Source of the DNA: Candidatus Bathyarchaeum tardum
GTDB lineage: Archaea > Thermoproteota > Bathyarchaeia > Bathyarchaeales > Bathyarchaeaceae
DNA: 64,000 nucleotides
Reading direction: 5' to 3'
Assembly (NCBI GenBank): GCA_024650005.2
Contig: CP122380.1
Coordinates: 448,001-512,000 of the forward strand
Of this stretch, positions 1 through 9,172 are shown piece by piece; within the stretch, counting starts at the first letter, position 1; each line of letters opens with the position of its first letter. The notes under the pieces were generated by a model, which saw only the letters and a program-made list of their open reading frames with translations, made no database searches and was not told where the DNA came from. The position numbers and the translations under genes are program-made.

Positions 1-1117
1 CAATTACAGACTTTCCCGAAATTGCCCCAACCATCGGAAATGTGGAGCCCTCAAAATCAGTTATGGATTTGGTTAAATACATCGAACTTCCCTGCTCGCT
101 GTAAATTGGCATTTCATCGTAAACTGCATCTTTGACTTTTTTTAACATGTTTTTGTTTGTCGACAACTTCTCTGCAATCCTGTCAGGGAAACCTCCTGGA
201 AAATACAATCCATCAATGTTTTCTGGAAGTTCTCGGTCGTTAACTGGACTAAAAAACACAATCTTTGCACCATAAGCTTCCAAAAGATCAAGGTTGTCGG
301 GATTATGGCAACTAAATGCTTCGTCAAATGCTACTCCAATTCTAACTGTTTGTTTCCTTTTGGTTGTTGGATACACTTTATGTTCGATGTCTGGTAGTTC
401 TTTGGCTTGTTTTGCGATTTCTACAATTTTGTCAACTTCAACATGGGCTGAAACGTGTTCTATAAGGTCAGCAACTGTTTGTTTTAACCCGTTTTGTTCA
501 GGAACTGGAACCAGTCCCCCCCGTCTGGGGGGCATTACAATGTTTGGGTTGTAGGGAATCATGCCTAGAATTGGAATTTTTGTGGCTGAACCCACAGCTT
601 TTTTGAGCCATGGTTCTTGTTGCCAGTCTCTAACATTGTTTATAACTATGCCTTTGATGTTAATCTGTTTGGTTAACACTTTGAAGATGTTCATAACCGC
701 GTGGATTACTTCTGCGCGGTGCATCCACAAACTGCCAATGTCCAAAACCAAAACAATGGGCGCCCGTAAGAGTCGAGCAATATGGGCTGTGCCTTCAAAG
801 TCTTTGACTCCATCTATCTCTCGGGGGATTCCTTGAAAGATTCCTCCTGCGCCTTCAATAACTGCAATGTCAACGTTTTTTGCTGTGCGTTGAAAGCTTT
901 CAAGAACAGTTCTTTGAGACGTAAGCCAAGCATCCAAATGTCTAGACTGTTTGTTGGTTACTTGGTTATGATAAGTTGCGTCAATGTGGTCGGGGCCAGA
1001 CTTGAAGGTTTGAATGTTTAGCCCTTTTTTGATTAATGCGCCCATTAATCCGGTGGCAACTGTTGTTTTTCCTCCTTCGCCGTAAAGGCCTGCGATAACA
1101 ACTCTGGGAACGTTCAT
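1..1117 (-). CDS. Cobyrinate a,c-diamide synthase (CbiA/CobB/CfbB)-like protein, 3' end outside window
   Basis: Not in ORF track (runs off edge). Hand translation from ATG 1117: MNVPRVVIAGLYGEGGKTTVATGLM..FKSGPDHID..HLDAWL..IAVIEG..IGVAFDEAF..FFSP..DGLYFPGGFP..MPIYSEQGSSMYL; P-loop GKTT plus GATase-like half. Confidence 0.85.
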   Translation of the reverse strand, partial: MNVPRVVIAGLYGEGGKTTVATGLMGALIKKGLNIQTFKSGPDHIDATYHNQVTNKQSRHLDAWLTSQRTVLESFQRTAKNVDIAVIEGAGGIFQGIPREIDGVKDFEGTAHIARLLRAPIVLVLDIGSLWMHRAEVIHAVMNIFKVLTKQINIKGIVINNVRDWQQEPWLKKAVGSATKIPILGMIPYNPNIVMPPRRGGLVPVPEQNGLKQTVADLIEHVSAHVEVDKIVEIAKQAKELPDIEHKVYPTTKRKQTVRIGVAFDEAFSCHNPDNLDLLEAYGAKIVFFSPVNDRELPENIDGLYFPGGFPDRIAEKLSTNKNMLKKVKDAVYDEMPIYSEQGSSMYLTKSITDFEGSTFPMVGAISGKSVI

Positions 1118-1320
1118 GTTTTTTCCTGCATAACTTGTTTTGGTGTTCGAGGTTGCAGAATCAATTAAACACTTTGTCAAGGAAATATAAGATTTAGTAT
1201 CAGCCCATTTGTTGAACTCAAAAAAACGGTCAATTTTTTCTGTTTGTGTCCCACATTATATTTATTAGTAGCGCACTTTGTCTAATGTTACACTAAAAAA
1301 TTTGAGGACGAATTGTAAGG

Positions 1321-2709
1321 ATGCAGGTAACTCTTGTAAATCCACCTTATCCTGAAGGTTCCCATCGACATCCCCCCTTCATTCCTTTGGGTATTGGATA
1401 TTTGGCTGCAGTTTTAGAAAAAAACGGATTTGAGGTTAACGTTATCGACCTTCAAGCCCTGCCCCTCCCCTTAAACGAAGTAGAATCCGAACTACGCAAA
1501 CGAAAACCCGACCTAGTTGGGTTGACTTCTACTACTCTGACTTACAAGTCTGCCCTCAGAGTAATCAGGGTCGCGAAGAAAGCGTTGCCTGAGTGTGTGA
1601 CTGTTATTGGTGGTTCTCATGTTACTTTCTGGGACGAAAATGCCCTGAAAGAATGTCCTGAGTTAGATATTGTTGTGCGAAAAGAAGGCGAAAACACCTT
1701 ACTAGAAATCGTTCAACGCCTTGAATCCGGAAAAAGCTATGATGATGTTATCGGATTAACTTGCAGAAAAGGCGCAGAAATAATCAAAACTGAAGACCGT
1801 CCTTACATCGAAAACTTGGATGCGCTTCCTTATCCTGCGTTTCATTTGTTTCCTATCGAGCAGTTCAACAAATATGGAAACATCATTTTTCCTTTAATGA
1901 CCAGCCGGGGATGCACTTTTTGGTGTGATTTTTGTTCGGCGGTTAGAATGTTTGGTCAAAGGTACCGTATGCGTAGCCCCAAAAAGGTTGTTGACGAACT
2001 TGAGTTTCTTTACAAAAAGTATGGTGAAAAACAGTACACCTTCTATGACGATGCTTTCACAGTTAATCAAAAACGAACCGAAGAATTGTGCGATGAAATT
2101 CTTCGTCGGGGATTAAAAATTAGGTGGGACTGTGAAACTCGGATAGATATGGTTTCAAAACCGTTGCTTGAGAAGATGCACAAAGCTGGTTGCATCGCTG
2201 TGTGGTATGGTGTTGAAGCTGGCTCTCAAGATGTTCGGGATGCCATGGGGAAAGGGATTTCCACTAGCCAAACTTTTAACGCTTTCAAGTGGACCCAAGA
2301 AGCTGGTATGATTGCGGTTGCCAGTATTATTCTTGGTTTTCCAGGTGAAACTAAAGAAACTGCAATGGAAAGTAGTGGCCTTTTGCGTAAACTTAATCCT
2401 GACGAGATTGGAGTTTACATTGCAACTCCGTATCCTGGAACTCCTATGTATGATTACGTTAAAAAGATGGGCTGGCTGCGGATCCACGACTTTGATCGTT
2501 ACGACACTGCTACTCCAATTTTTGAATCTCCAAACATGACTATGCAAGAAATCAGGGGAATTCACGACAAAATCCATCAAAGCTTCTATATTCGACCAAC
2601 TTACATATTGCGTGCCTTCAGAAAAGGTGGAGTATACGGTTATTCCACAACCCGAACAGCGTTGGCGTGGCTTCGAAGGTTGATTGCTTCTAAAATCGGT
2701 TTACGTTAA
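1321..2709 (+). CDS. B12-binding radical SAM protein (paralogue 1)
   Basis: VNPP..PLGIGYLAA and GGSHVTF cobalamin-binding domain; SRGCTFWCDFC; GVEAGS; PYPGT. Confidence 0.93.
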   Translation: MQVTLVNPPYPEGSHRHPPFIPLGIGYLAAVLEKNGFEVNVIDLQALPLPLNEVESELRKRKPDLVGLTSTTLTYKSALRVIRVAKKALPECVTVIGGSHVTFWDENALKECPELDIVVRKEGENTLLEIVQRLESGKSYDDVIGLTCRKGAEIIKTEDRPYIENLDALPYPAFHLFPIEQFNKYGNIIFPLMTSRGCTFWCDFCSAVRMFGQRYRMRSPKKVVDELEFLYKKYGEKQYTFYDDAFTVNQKRTEELCDEILRRGLKIRWDCETRIDMVSKPLLEKMHKAGCIAVWYGVEAGSQDVRDAMGKGISTSQTFNAFKWTQEAGMIAVASIILGFPGETKETAMESSGLLRKLNPDEIGVYIATPYPGTPMYDYVKKMGWLRIHDFDRYDTATPIFESPNMTMQEIRGIHDKIHQSFYIRPTYILRAFRKGGVYGYSTTRTALAWLRRLIASKIGLR

Positions 2710-2752
2710 TTAGATTCATTATATGATTTCGTTTGCTGGAGGAACCTTTCAG

Positions 2753-3841
2753 TTGCAGAAACGCAAACTAGGACGAACTGGTCTTGAAGTCTCTGTAGTT
2801 GGCTTTGGTGGAACATGGATTTCAGAACTACCCCTTGATGATGCAGTAAAGATTGTTCAACGAGCTTTTGAGCTTGGAATTAACTATTTTGACACAGCAA
2901 AACTCGATGGAGACAGCGAAGAAAAACTTGGGGCAGCCTTGAAGGATGTGCGTGATGGATGTGTTTTGGCTACAAAAACTGCTTCTCGAACAAAAAGTGA
3001 GTCTTTGGATGACTTCAAAAACAGTTTACGTTGTCTGCAAACTGACTGGCTAGATTTGATTCAACTTCATGGAGTGGACGACGTCAAAACCCTTCAGAAA
3101 GCAATGGGTCCGGGAGGATCTTTAGATATGTGCAGAAAAGCCCGTTCTGAGGGGTTGGTGGATTTTATTGGAATTACTGGTCATAAGCCTCGGGTGTTGA
3201 TTGAAGCAATCAAAACTAACGAGTTTGACACGGTTTTGGTTCCCCTTAACATAATAACTAGGCAAGCCCTTGATGAACTGATTCCCCTTGCTAACGACCT
3301 AGACATCGGGGTAATCGCAATGAAGCCTTTGATGGCAAAAACTTCTAGGCTCATAACGTGTTTGTATCAACCCTCCCTTTCGTTGTTGTCCGACGAGCCC
3401 GAACTGAAATCGTTACTTGGGCAAGATGTTTCTTCAAAGGTTCATAATGCCCTTAGTTATGTTTTAGACCAAGACGTTTCCGTAGCTATCACGGGATTCA
3501 AATCAGTAGAAGAAGTTGAAACAGCCGCACAGATAGGAAACAACTACAACCAGCTAACGAATAAACAAAAAAGCCGATTTAGTGTCAAATTTGAGCAACC
3601 TTATTGTCGGGACTGTGGGCTGTGTTTTCCTTGCCCAGAAACCTTAGACATTGCTGCAATTCTTCGGTTTAAAACCCTTTACGAAACTTATGGCTTGAAA
3701 AATTGGGCAAAAAAACTGTACAGTGGACTTCCAACTAATGCATCTAGTTGCACAAATTGTGGAGAATGTGAACCAAAGTGCCCATACAATTTGCCTGTTG
3801 TTTCTATGCTTAAGCAGTGTCAGAATGATTTAGGGCGTTAA
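2753..3841 (+). CDS. Aldo/keto reductase-fold protein with C-terminal 4Fe-4S dicluster
   Basis: LGRTGLEVSVVGFGG, GINYFDTA, ATK, LIQLHG; CRDCGLCFPCP and CTNCGECEPKCP; TTG 2753 follows GGAGG (track start 2723). Confidence 0.88.
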   Translation: MQKRKLGRTGLEVSVVGFGGTWISELPLDDAVKIVQRAFELGINYFDTAKLDGDSEEKLGAALKDVRDGCVLATKTASRTKSESLDDFKNSLRCLQTDWLDLIQLHGVDDVKTLQKAMGPGGSLDMCRKARSEGLVDFIGITGHKPRVLIEAIKTNEFDTVLVPLNIITRQALDELIPLANDLDIGVIAMKPLMAKTSRLITCLYQPSLSLLSDEPELKSLLGQDVSSKVHNALSYVLDQDVSVAITGFKSVEEVETAAQIGNNYNQLTNKQKSRFSVKFEQPYCRDCGLCFPCPETLDIAAILRFKTLYETYGLKNWAKKLYSGLPTNASSCTNCGECEPKCPYNLPVVSMLKQCQNDLGR

Positions 3842-3911
3842 TTTCATAAGCTATGTGCTCCTTTTTGTGTTTGTTTGAGTGTAGCTGCAACTGGAGACCT
3901 GAAAGTAAAAG

Positions 3912-4613
3912 ATGGTTATAGGTCAAGTTCTAGGTTTAGCGTATTTGGTGATGCATCCTTCCCAGTTAAAACATCTTGTAATAAAACACACGCGCTACAA
4001 ACACCGAAACCAAACCAAACCCAAATGGATCGAATGGCAAAAATACAACAGCTCACGAATTGAAGCCGCCCTAAAAGCCCATGGAGCAGAAGCCCTGTTG
4101 CGACCTTTTAATGTGGCACGAATACAAACAATTTCTAACATGGTTCTCCCCCTAGGCAAAGGACTACAAATCCTAGACGTAGGCGGCGGGGACGGATTAA
4201 TCGGAGAACACTTATGGAAAATGCAAAACAATATAGCAACCATAGACCTGCCAACAGTTTCTGCCCAGTCACATAAACGTGAATTTTTATTCGCTGTAAC
4301 TGGGGACGCAGAAGAATTGCCTTTCAAACTAAACGGTTTTGATGTTGTAATAGCCTCCGAAATAGTCGAACACCTATGGGATCCAAACAGTTTCTTGGAT
4401 GATGCTTACAAGATTTTGAAAACTGGGGGGCATTTAATCATTTCAACCCCCGATGGTGTTGAAGGGTTGCGTTATGATTCTCATAAACATTACTACACTG
4501 TTGAAATTCTGGAAAAGTTGCTCGCTTCACGATTCAGTTTAGTTCAAATGAAACGTTTAACTGATGTGGGGACTCCAACTCCCACCATTATTGTGATGTT
4601 CCAAAAAATTTAG
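3912..4613 (+). CDS. Class I SAM-dependent methyltransferase
   Basis: ILDVGGGDG motif I, GDAEELPF, FDVVIASEIVEHL, LKTGGHLIISTP. Confidence 0.88.
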   Translation: MVIGQVLGLAYLVMHPSQLKHLVIKHTRYKHRNQTKPKWIEWQKYNSSRIEAALKAHGAEALLRPFNVARIQTISNMVLPLGKGLQILDVGGGDGLIGEHLWKMQNNIATIDLPTVSAQSHKREFLFAVTGDAEELPFKLNGFDVVIASEIVEHLWDPNSFLDDAYKILKTGGHLIISTPDGVEGLRYDSHKHYYTVEILEKLLASRFSLVQMKRLTDVGTPTPTIIVMFQKI

Positions 4614-6007
4614 AATATTTTTCGAACACGCCAAATGAGATGGTTCATTGCGGTTCGTGCCATTACTTTGCTGTAAAAGTTTTTCTTGAAAATGTGTCGC
4701 AGAACATATTTGGGTGAATAGAAACTGTCGTAGAATTTGCCTCGGATTGCATTTACGTCCGTTTCTGACAGGTTAGGGTTTTCAAACACTGGGATGGTTG
4801 TGTCATACCGTTTCCAGTCGTTAGAAATGGTCCAGCCTTTTTCTTCAATAATGTTTCTTAGCTCTGTTCCTGGGTACGGAGTAGCCACACAAATGTAAGC
4901 ATCATCGGGTTCGGCTTGTCTGAGTAAGTCAATTGTTTGCTCAAGCATCTCTCGGTTTTCGCCGGGATATCCAACCATGACAGAAACTGCAACAAACAAG
5001 CCCGCATCCTTGGCCAACTTTATTGCCCTTTTGTTTTGTTCAACAGAAGTTCCTTTATGGACTGCGTCCAAAATAGTTTGACAACCCGATTCTACTCCAA
5101 AAAAAACTTGCTGACAATTTGCGTCCCGCATAATTTTTAGCATCTCTTCGGATACTGTGCTCACACGAGTTTGACAATCCCATGGAATCCCAAGTTTTCT
5201 GTTTTTTATATCTTCACAGATTTGTATTGCCCGATTTTTATCTAGGGTAAATGTATCGTCATAAAAGGAAAACGCGTCTGCTCCATGTTCGTCTCGCAAC
5301 CATTCCAGTTCATCCACTACGTTTTTTGGGCTTCGAGCTCGGAAGGGTCGTCCAAAAATTCTGGAAGTAGTACAAAAGGAACACTGAGATGGACAGCCCC
5401 TGCTAGTAATAATTGGGAGCATTTTTCGTCCAAACAGACGATATTTTTCTAAATCAAAATGCTTGAATGCCGGACGAGGCAAATCATCAAGATTTTGAAT
5501 AAAAGGTCTGTCAGGGTTCTTGACCATTTGCCCGTTTTTTCTAAAAGTTATGCCCTGAATTGTGTCTAAAGTCTTCACGTTGCCGGCATTTTGTGCCAGT
5601 TCTAGAAGTGTTTGTTCTCCCTCTCCCCTAACTATTACGTCAACTGCTGGTTCTTCAGCAAGAACCTGTTTATCCATAAACGTGGCATGTGGACCACCCA
5701 AAACAACTGTTGACTGAGGGCATGCTTGTTTAGCGACCTGAGCCGACAAAACTGCTGACTGTATTGTAGGGGTCATGGAAGTGATTCCAATAATTTCCGG
5801 CTGAATAGATTCAAGTTTTGTCTTCAGCATATCTTGATTTATGTTCACTGCCGGGCAATCAATTACAGTTACTTCATGTCTGTTCTCTTCCAGAACTGCT
5901 GCCATGTACGCCAAACCAAGAGACAAATAAAGTTGATGACGATAAACTCCCTCCAGCGGTGGAGGATTAACCAGCGTTGTTTTGACTTTTTTGTTTGGTT
6001 CTGTCAA
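4610..6007 (-). CDS. B12-binding radical SAM protein (paralogue 2)
   Basis: LVNPP, LGLAYMAA, GGPHATF, RGEGE, SRGCPSQCSFC, GVESG. Confidence 0.93.
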   Translation of the reverse strand: MTEPNKKVKTTLVNPPPLEGVYRHQLYLSLGLAYMAAVLEENRHEVTVIDCPAVNINQDMLKTKLESIQPEIIGITSMTPTIQSAVLSAQVAKQACPQSTVVLGGPHATFMDKQVLAEEPAVDVIVRGEGEQTLLELAQNAGNVKTLDTIQGITFRKNGQMVKNPDRPFIQNLDDLPRPAFKHFDLEKYRLFGRKMLPIITSRGCPSQCSFCTTSRIFGRPFRARSPKNVVDELEWLRDEHGADAFSFYDDTFTLDKNRAIQICEDIKNRKLGIPWDCQTRVSTVSEEMLKIMRDANCQQVFFGVESGCQTILDAVHKGTSVEQNKRAIKLAKDAGLFVAVSVMVGYPGENREMLEQTIDLLRQAEPDDAYICVATPYPGTELRNIIEEKGWTISNDWKRYDTTIPVFENPNLSETDVNAIRGKFYDSFYSPKYVLRHIFKKNFYSKVMARTAMNHLIWRVRKIF

Positions 6008-6478
6008 GTTTTACACCAATTTTGAAGTAACCGCTAGAATGTCAAACAGTTAGACCCTTTCTGCTCTATATCTTTATTGCATATACCCTATTTACTGCCT
6101 CGAAAAATTAACTTAATTTCGAGAATTGTCACAAAATATTTAAACTCAACACTCTAACATACACAGCAGGCTAAAAAAGAGGAATAAAAAATAGAAATTT
6201 GCAAAAAAATAAAAAACCTATCTACTATCCATTTAATTCCTCCGTAGCAGTGTTCCTGCTACTTTTCCTTTATTGGTTTCAACTACAATCAATAATCTTT
6301 TTTTTGATTAAAGAGATTTAGTTTTCACGAAAAAATAACCATATGTTTCACATTTGTGCTGTATAATAGTAGTCTAATAGCACTGGGGTGTTGAAAAGTA
6401 GCTTTTTTTCTAAATTTTTTCTGCATGATGATATCTAATTTCTAAAGTTCATTTATCTATTGGAACTTTTTCCTGAAA

Positions 6479-7456
6479 TTAAAACAAGTAAAGATTCAAC
6501 AAAATTGCAGGTACCGTGATTATTATGCTAAGAATTATTGCCACGTTTCGGATTTTTAGGGACTGAATTATTTTGCTGGCGTCGAGTTCTTGTTCTGGGT
6601 CACCTACAGCATACTGTCCAGGTTTTTCCAGTTCTACTCGGAGGGCGCCTGCTATAGCTGCCATTTGCCATCCATGGTTTACGCTGGGGATTTTGGTTTG
6701 GTCCCGTCGGGCAATTTTCCACGCGTTCTTGTAGTCTTCCCCAACTATTGCAGCTCCAGCAATCAACAAAAGAGTAGTGAGCCGAGCGGGAATGTAATTG
6801 ACTATGGTGTCTGTGACTGCAGAAAACCATCCGATATGCAAGTTTTCTTCATCTTTGAAGCCAACCATCCCATCAAGGGTGTTAACTGCCCGAAAGGCAA
6901 CTGCTCCAGGAACGCCAAAAAGTCCATAATAAAAGATGGGTGACAACCTGAAATCTGTCAAGTTTTCAGCCAATGATTCAATAACCGAAGAAACAATTTG
7001 TGCACCGGTTAAGTCTTTGTTGTCTCTTCGGGAAAAATGTGCATACTTTCTAGCTTCAGTTAAGTCACCTGATTCAATTGCTTTTGCTGCGGCGTAGCCC
7101 CAGTCTGTTTCAAGTTTCATGCAAATTGTTAATTTCAAAATCACTGCAGCAACTATGAAAAAAACTATAACCCCAAGGTACCTGTAGATTATTTGTAATG
7201 CAAAATAGACCGGAACAGTGAAAACCAAAATTACTGTTACCCCCATAAGAACGCCGTTAATTTTTTCGATTTTTGGGTTGGGGTTCTTGAAGAATGGTTT
7301 GATTTTTTGGGTGAACTGTCCCATCCAAACCGTTGGGTGAAGTTTGTATTGGATTTTTTCGGGGTAAATGGGGGAGGGGTCGCCAAAAATCAAGTCGAGC
7401 ACCAGTGCTGCGATGAGAATTCCAACTGCCACCAACAGATTTGTTATTGTTATCAT
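6479..7456 (-). CDS. cbiB: Adenosylcobinamide-phosphate synthase CbiB
   Basis: LDLIFGDP..HPTVWMG, IESLAEN, FRAVNTLDGMVG, NYIPARL, AAIAGAL; multi-TM. Confidence 0.9.
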   Translation of the reverse strand: MITITNLLVAVGILIAALVLDLIFGDPSPIYPEKIQYKLHPTVWMGQFTQKIKPFFKNPNPKIEKINGVLMGVTVILVFTVPVYFALQIIYRYLGVIVFFIVAAVILKLTICMKLETDWGYAAAKAIESGDLTEARKYAHFSRRDNKDLTGAQIVSSVIESLAENLTDFRLSPIFYYGLFGVPGAVAFRAVNTLDGMVGFKDEENLHIGWFSAVTDTIVNYIPARLTTLLLIAGAAIVGEDYKNAWKIARRDQTKIPSVNHGWQMAAIAGALRVELEKPGQYAVGDPEQELDASKIIQSLKIRNVAIILSIIITVPAILLNLYLF

Positions 7457-7537
7457 TTGGCAAGCACGTTTTAACCAGATAATTACCGTTACTCAAAGAA
7501 AGTTACTTAAAATGATTGTCATCAAAATCGTAAAAAG

Positions 7538-9118
7538 CTAAGATAATTTCTGGAAAACAATTTCTCCATCCACAATGGTCATGTATACTTCAATTTTTCC
7601 AATATCATTGGCTGGAATTGTTAGGGGATCACCCGAAAGAACAGTAACATCCGCGAGTTTTCCTTTTTCAATTGAACCTTGATTTTTTTGTTCACAAGAC
7701 GCAATTGCAGCATTAATTGTGTACATTTGTAACGCTTCATTTGATGTGATTTTTTCTTCAGGAAAATATTGGCGTTCTACAGCTGCTTGTATGCCTAACA
7801 ACGGATTTAAGGGCTCCATTGGACAATCTGATCCGCCAACAATTTGTATTCCATTTTTGATTAACGTTTTAAGAGGATACAACCATCTTGCCCTTTTGTT
7901 TCCTAATCTTTCAATTGCTGACCAATCCGTAAATTCAGTAATTACACATTTTGGTTGTACAGAAATTGTCATCCCTAGATTCTTTATTCTCTGAATCAAA
8001 TCAGGAGTCAGTACAGACCCATGTTCAATACGATGACAATGTGCTTCTCTAGGGGTTTCTTTCAACACTTTTTCAATAGCACTTAACGCCATGTCAATTG
8101 CTTTGTCGCCCATTGCATGCATAACCAACTGAAGTTTTGTTTTGTGCGCCTTTCTAACCACTTTATCCAATTCGGTTTGGGAATAGAGCAGTTTCCCTTC
8201 TGTAGTGTTATCGTCCATGTACGGCTGGCAAAGTGCTGCTGTTCGGGCAGCTAACGAACCATCTATAAAAATCTTAACACCCAATTGTTTGTCGATTTTG
8301 TTTGAATCAAAATTCAACTCATTAATTCGCTCCAAAATATTAGCCGGAACAATAACATGAACCCTAACTGGTAACTTGTTTTGTGTATCCAGCTTTTTCA
8401 CACTCAACGCTTCTTCCAGCGAGGAAACAATCCAATGAACAGTAGTTATCCCCGCTTCTACTACTTTTTCACAAGCTAAACTGGTTGCTTCAATTATTTC
8501 TTCTTCAGTTGGTTCAGGAATGGTCTTCCAAACCAAATCTGTTGCAGTTTCCCACAAAATACCTGTTGGCTCACCAGTTTCGTGATGTTTTTTGATTTCT
8601 CCATCCAATGGGGCTACAGTTTCTTTTGTTACTTTTGCAGCATCTAAGGCTTTACTGTTAACAACGCAAACCCGCCCACACTCATGATACAACACCACTG
8701 GATTATTTGGAGAGGCAATATCCAAATCATAACGGTTTGGACAACGTTTTTCTGCAAAACGGATTTCGTTCCATCCGTTACCAACAATCCACCTGTTTTT
8801 CGGAATCTTTTGTGCACGTTCTTTAAGTCTTGTTTGCATTTCTGAAATCGAGTTTAGATTGGTCAGGTTGATCCAATTCAAGAACTTTCCAAAATCTGCG
8901 ACATGAATATGGGAATCAATAAACCCTGGGACAACAGTTTTTCCCTTTAAATCAACTACTTTTGTTTTTTCGGTGAGTAATGCTTTGATATCTTCTGTTG
9001 TGCCAACTTTTAACAATCGGTTTTTTTCGATGGCGACTGCTTGTGCTTTTGCTTGCAAAGAATCCATAGTGATAATGTTTCCATTTATAAGTGCCAAATC
9101 TGCACACATTTCAGTCAC
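7538..9118 (-). CDS. Metal-dependent amidohydrolase (YtcJ / amidohydrolase 3 type)
   Basis: PGFIDSHIH, KIFIDGSL, HAMGD, RIEH, GSDCP, GSIEKGKLAD. Confidence 0.9.
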   Translation of the reverse strand: MTEMCADLALINGNIITMDSLQAKAQAVAIEKNRLLKVGTTEDIKALLTEKTKVVDLKGKTVVPGFIDSHIHVADFGKFLNWINLTNLNSISEMQTRLKERAQKIPKNRWIVGNGWNEIRFAEKRCPNRYDLDIASPNNPVVLYHECGRVCVVNSKALDAAKVTKETVAPLDGEIKKHHETGEPTGILWETATDLVWKTIPEPTEEEIIEATSLACEKVVEAGITTVHWIVSSLEEALSVKKLDTQNKLPVRVHVIVPANILERINELNFDSNKIDKQLGVKIFIDGSLAARTAALCQPYMDDNTTEGKLLYSQTELDKVVRKAHKTKLQLVMHAMGDKAIDMALSAIEKVLKETPREAHCHRIEHGSVLTPDLIQRIKNLGMTISVQPKCVITEFTDWSAIERLGNKRARWLYPLKTLIKNGIQIVGGSDCPMEPLNPLLGIQAAVERQYFPEEKITSNEALQMYTINAAIASCEQKNQGSIEKGKLADVTVLSGDPLTIPANDIGKIEVYMTIVDGEIVFQKLS

Positions 9119-9172
9119 CGTTACCTCTCAAACCTAACTGCAGAACCGCTATAACTGTTTGGGGTAAAATTC

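Noticed and set aside
142-1021. Four short track ORFs suggesting a fragmented region
   Set aside because: All overlap one continuous minus-strand CbiA-like frame that runs off the window
6008-6478. Cobalamin riboswitch near B12 genes
   Set aside because: No B12-box or multi-stem GC structure; only one short hairpin
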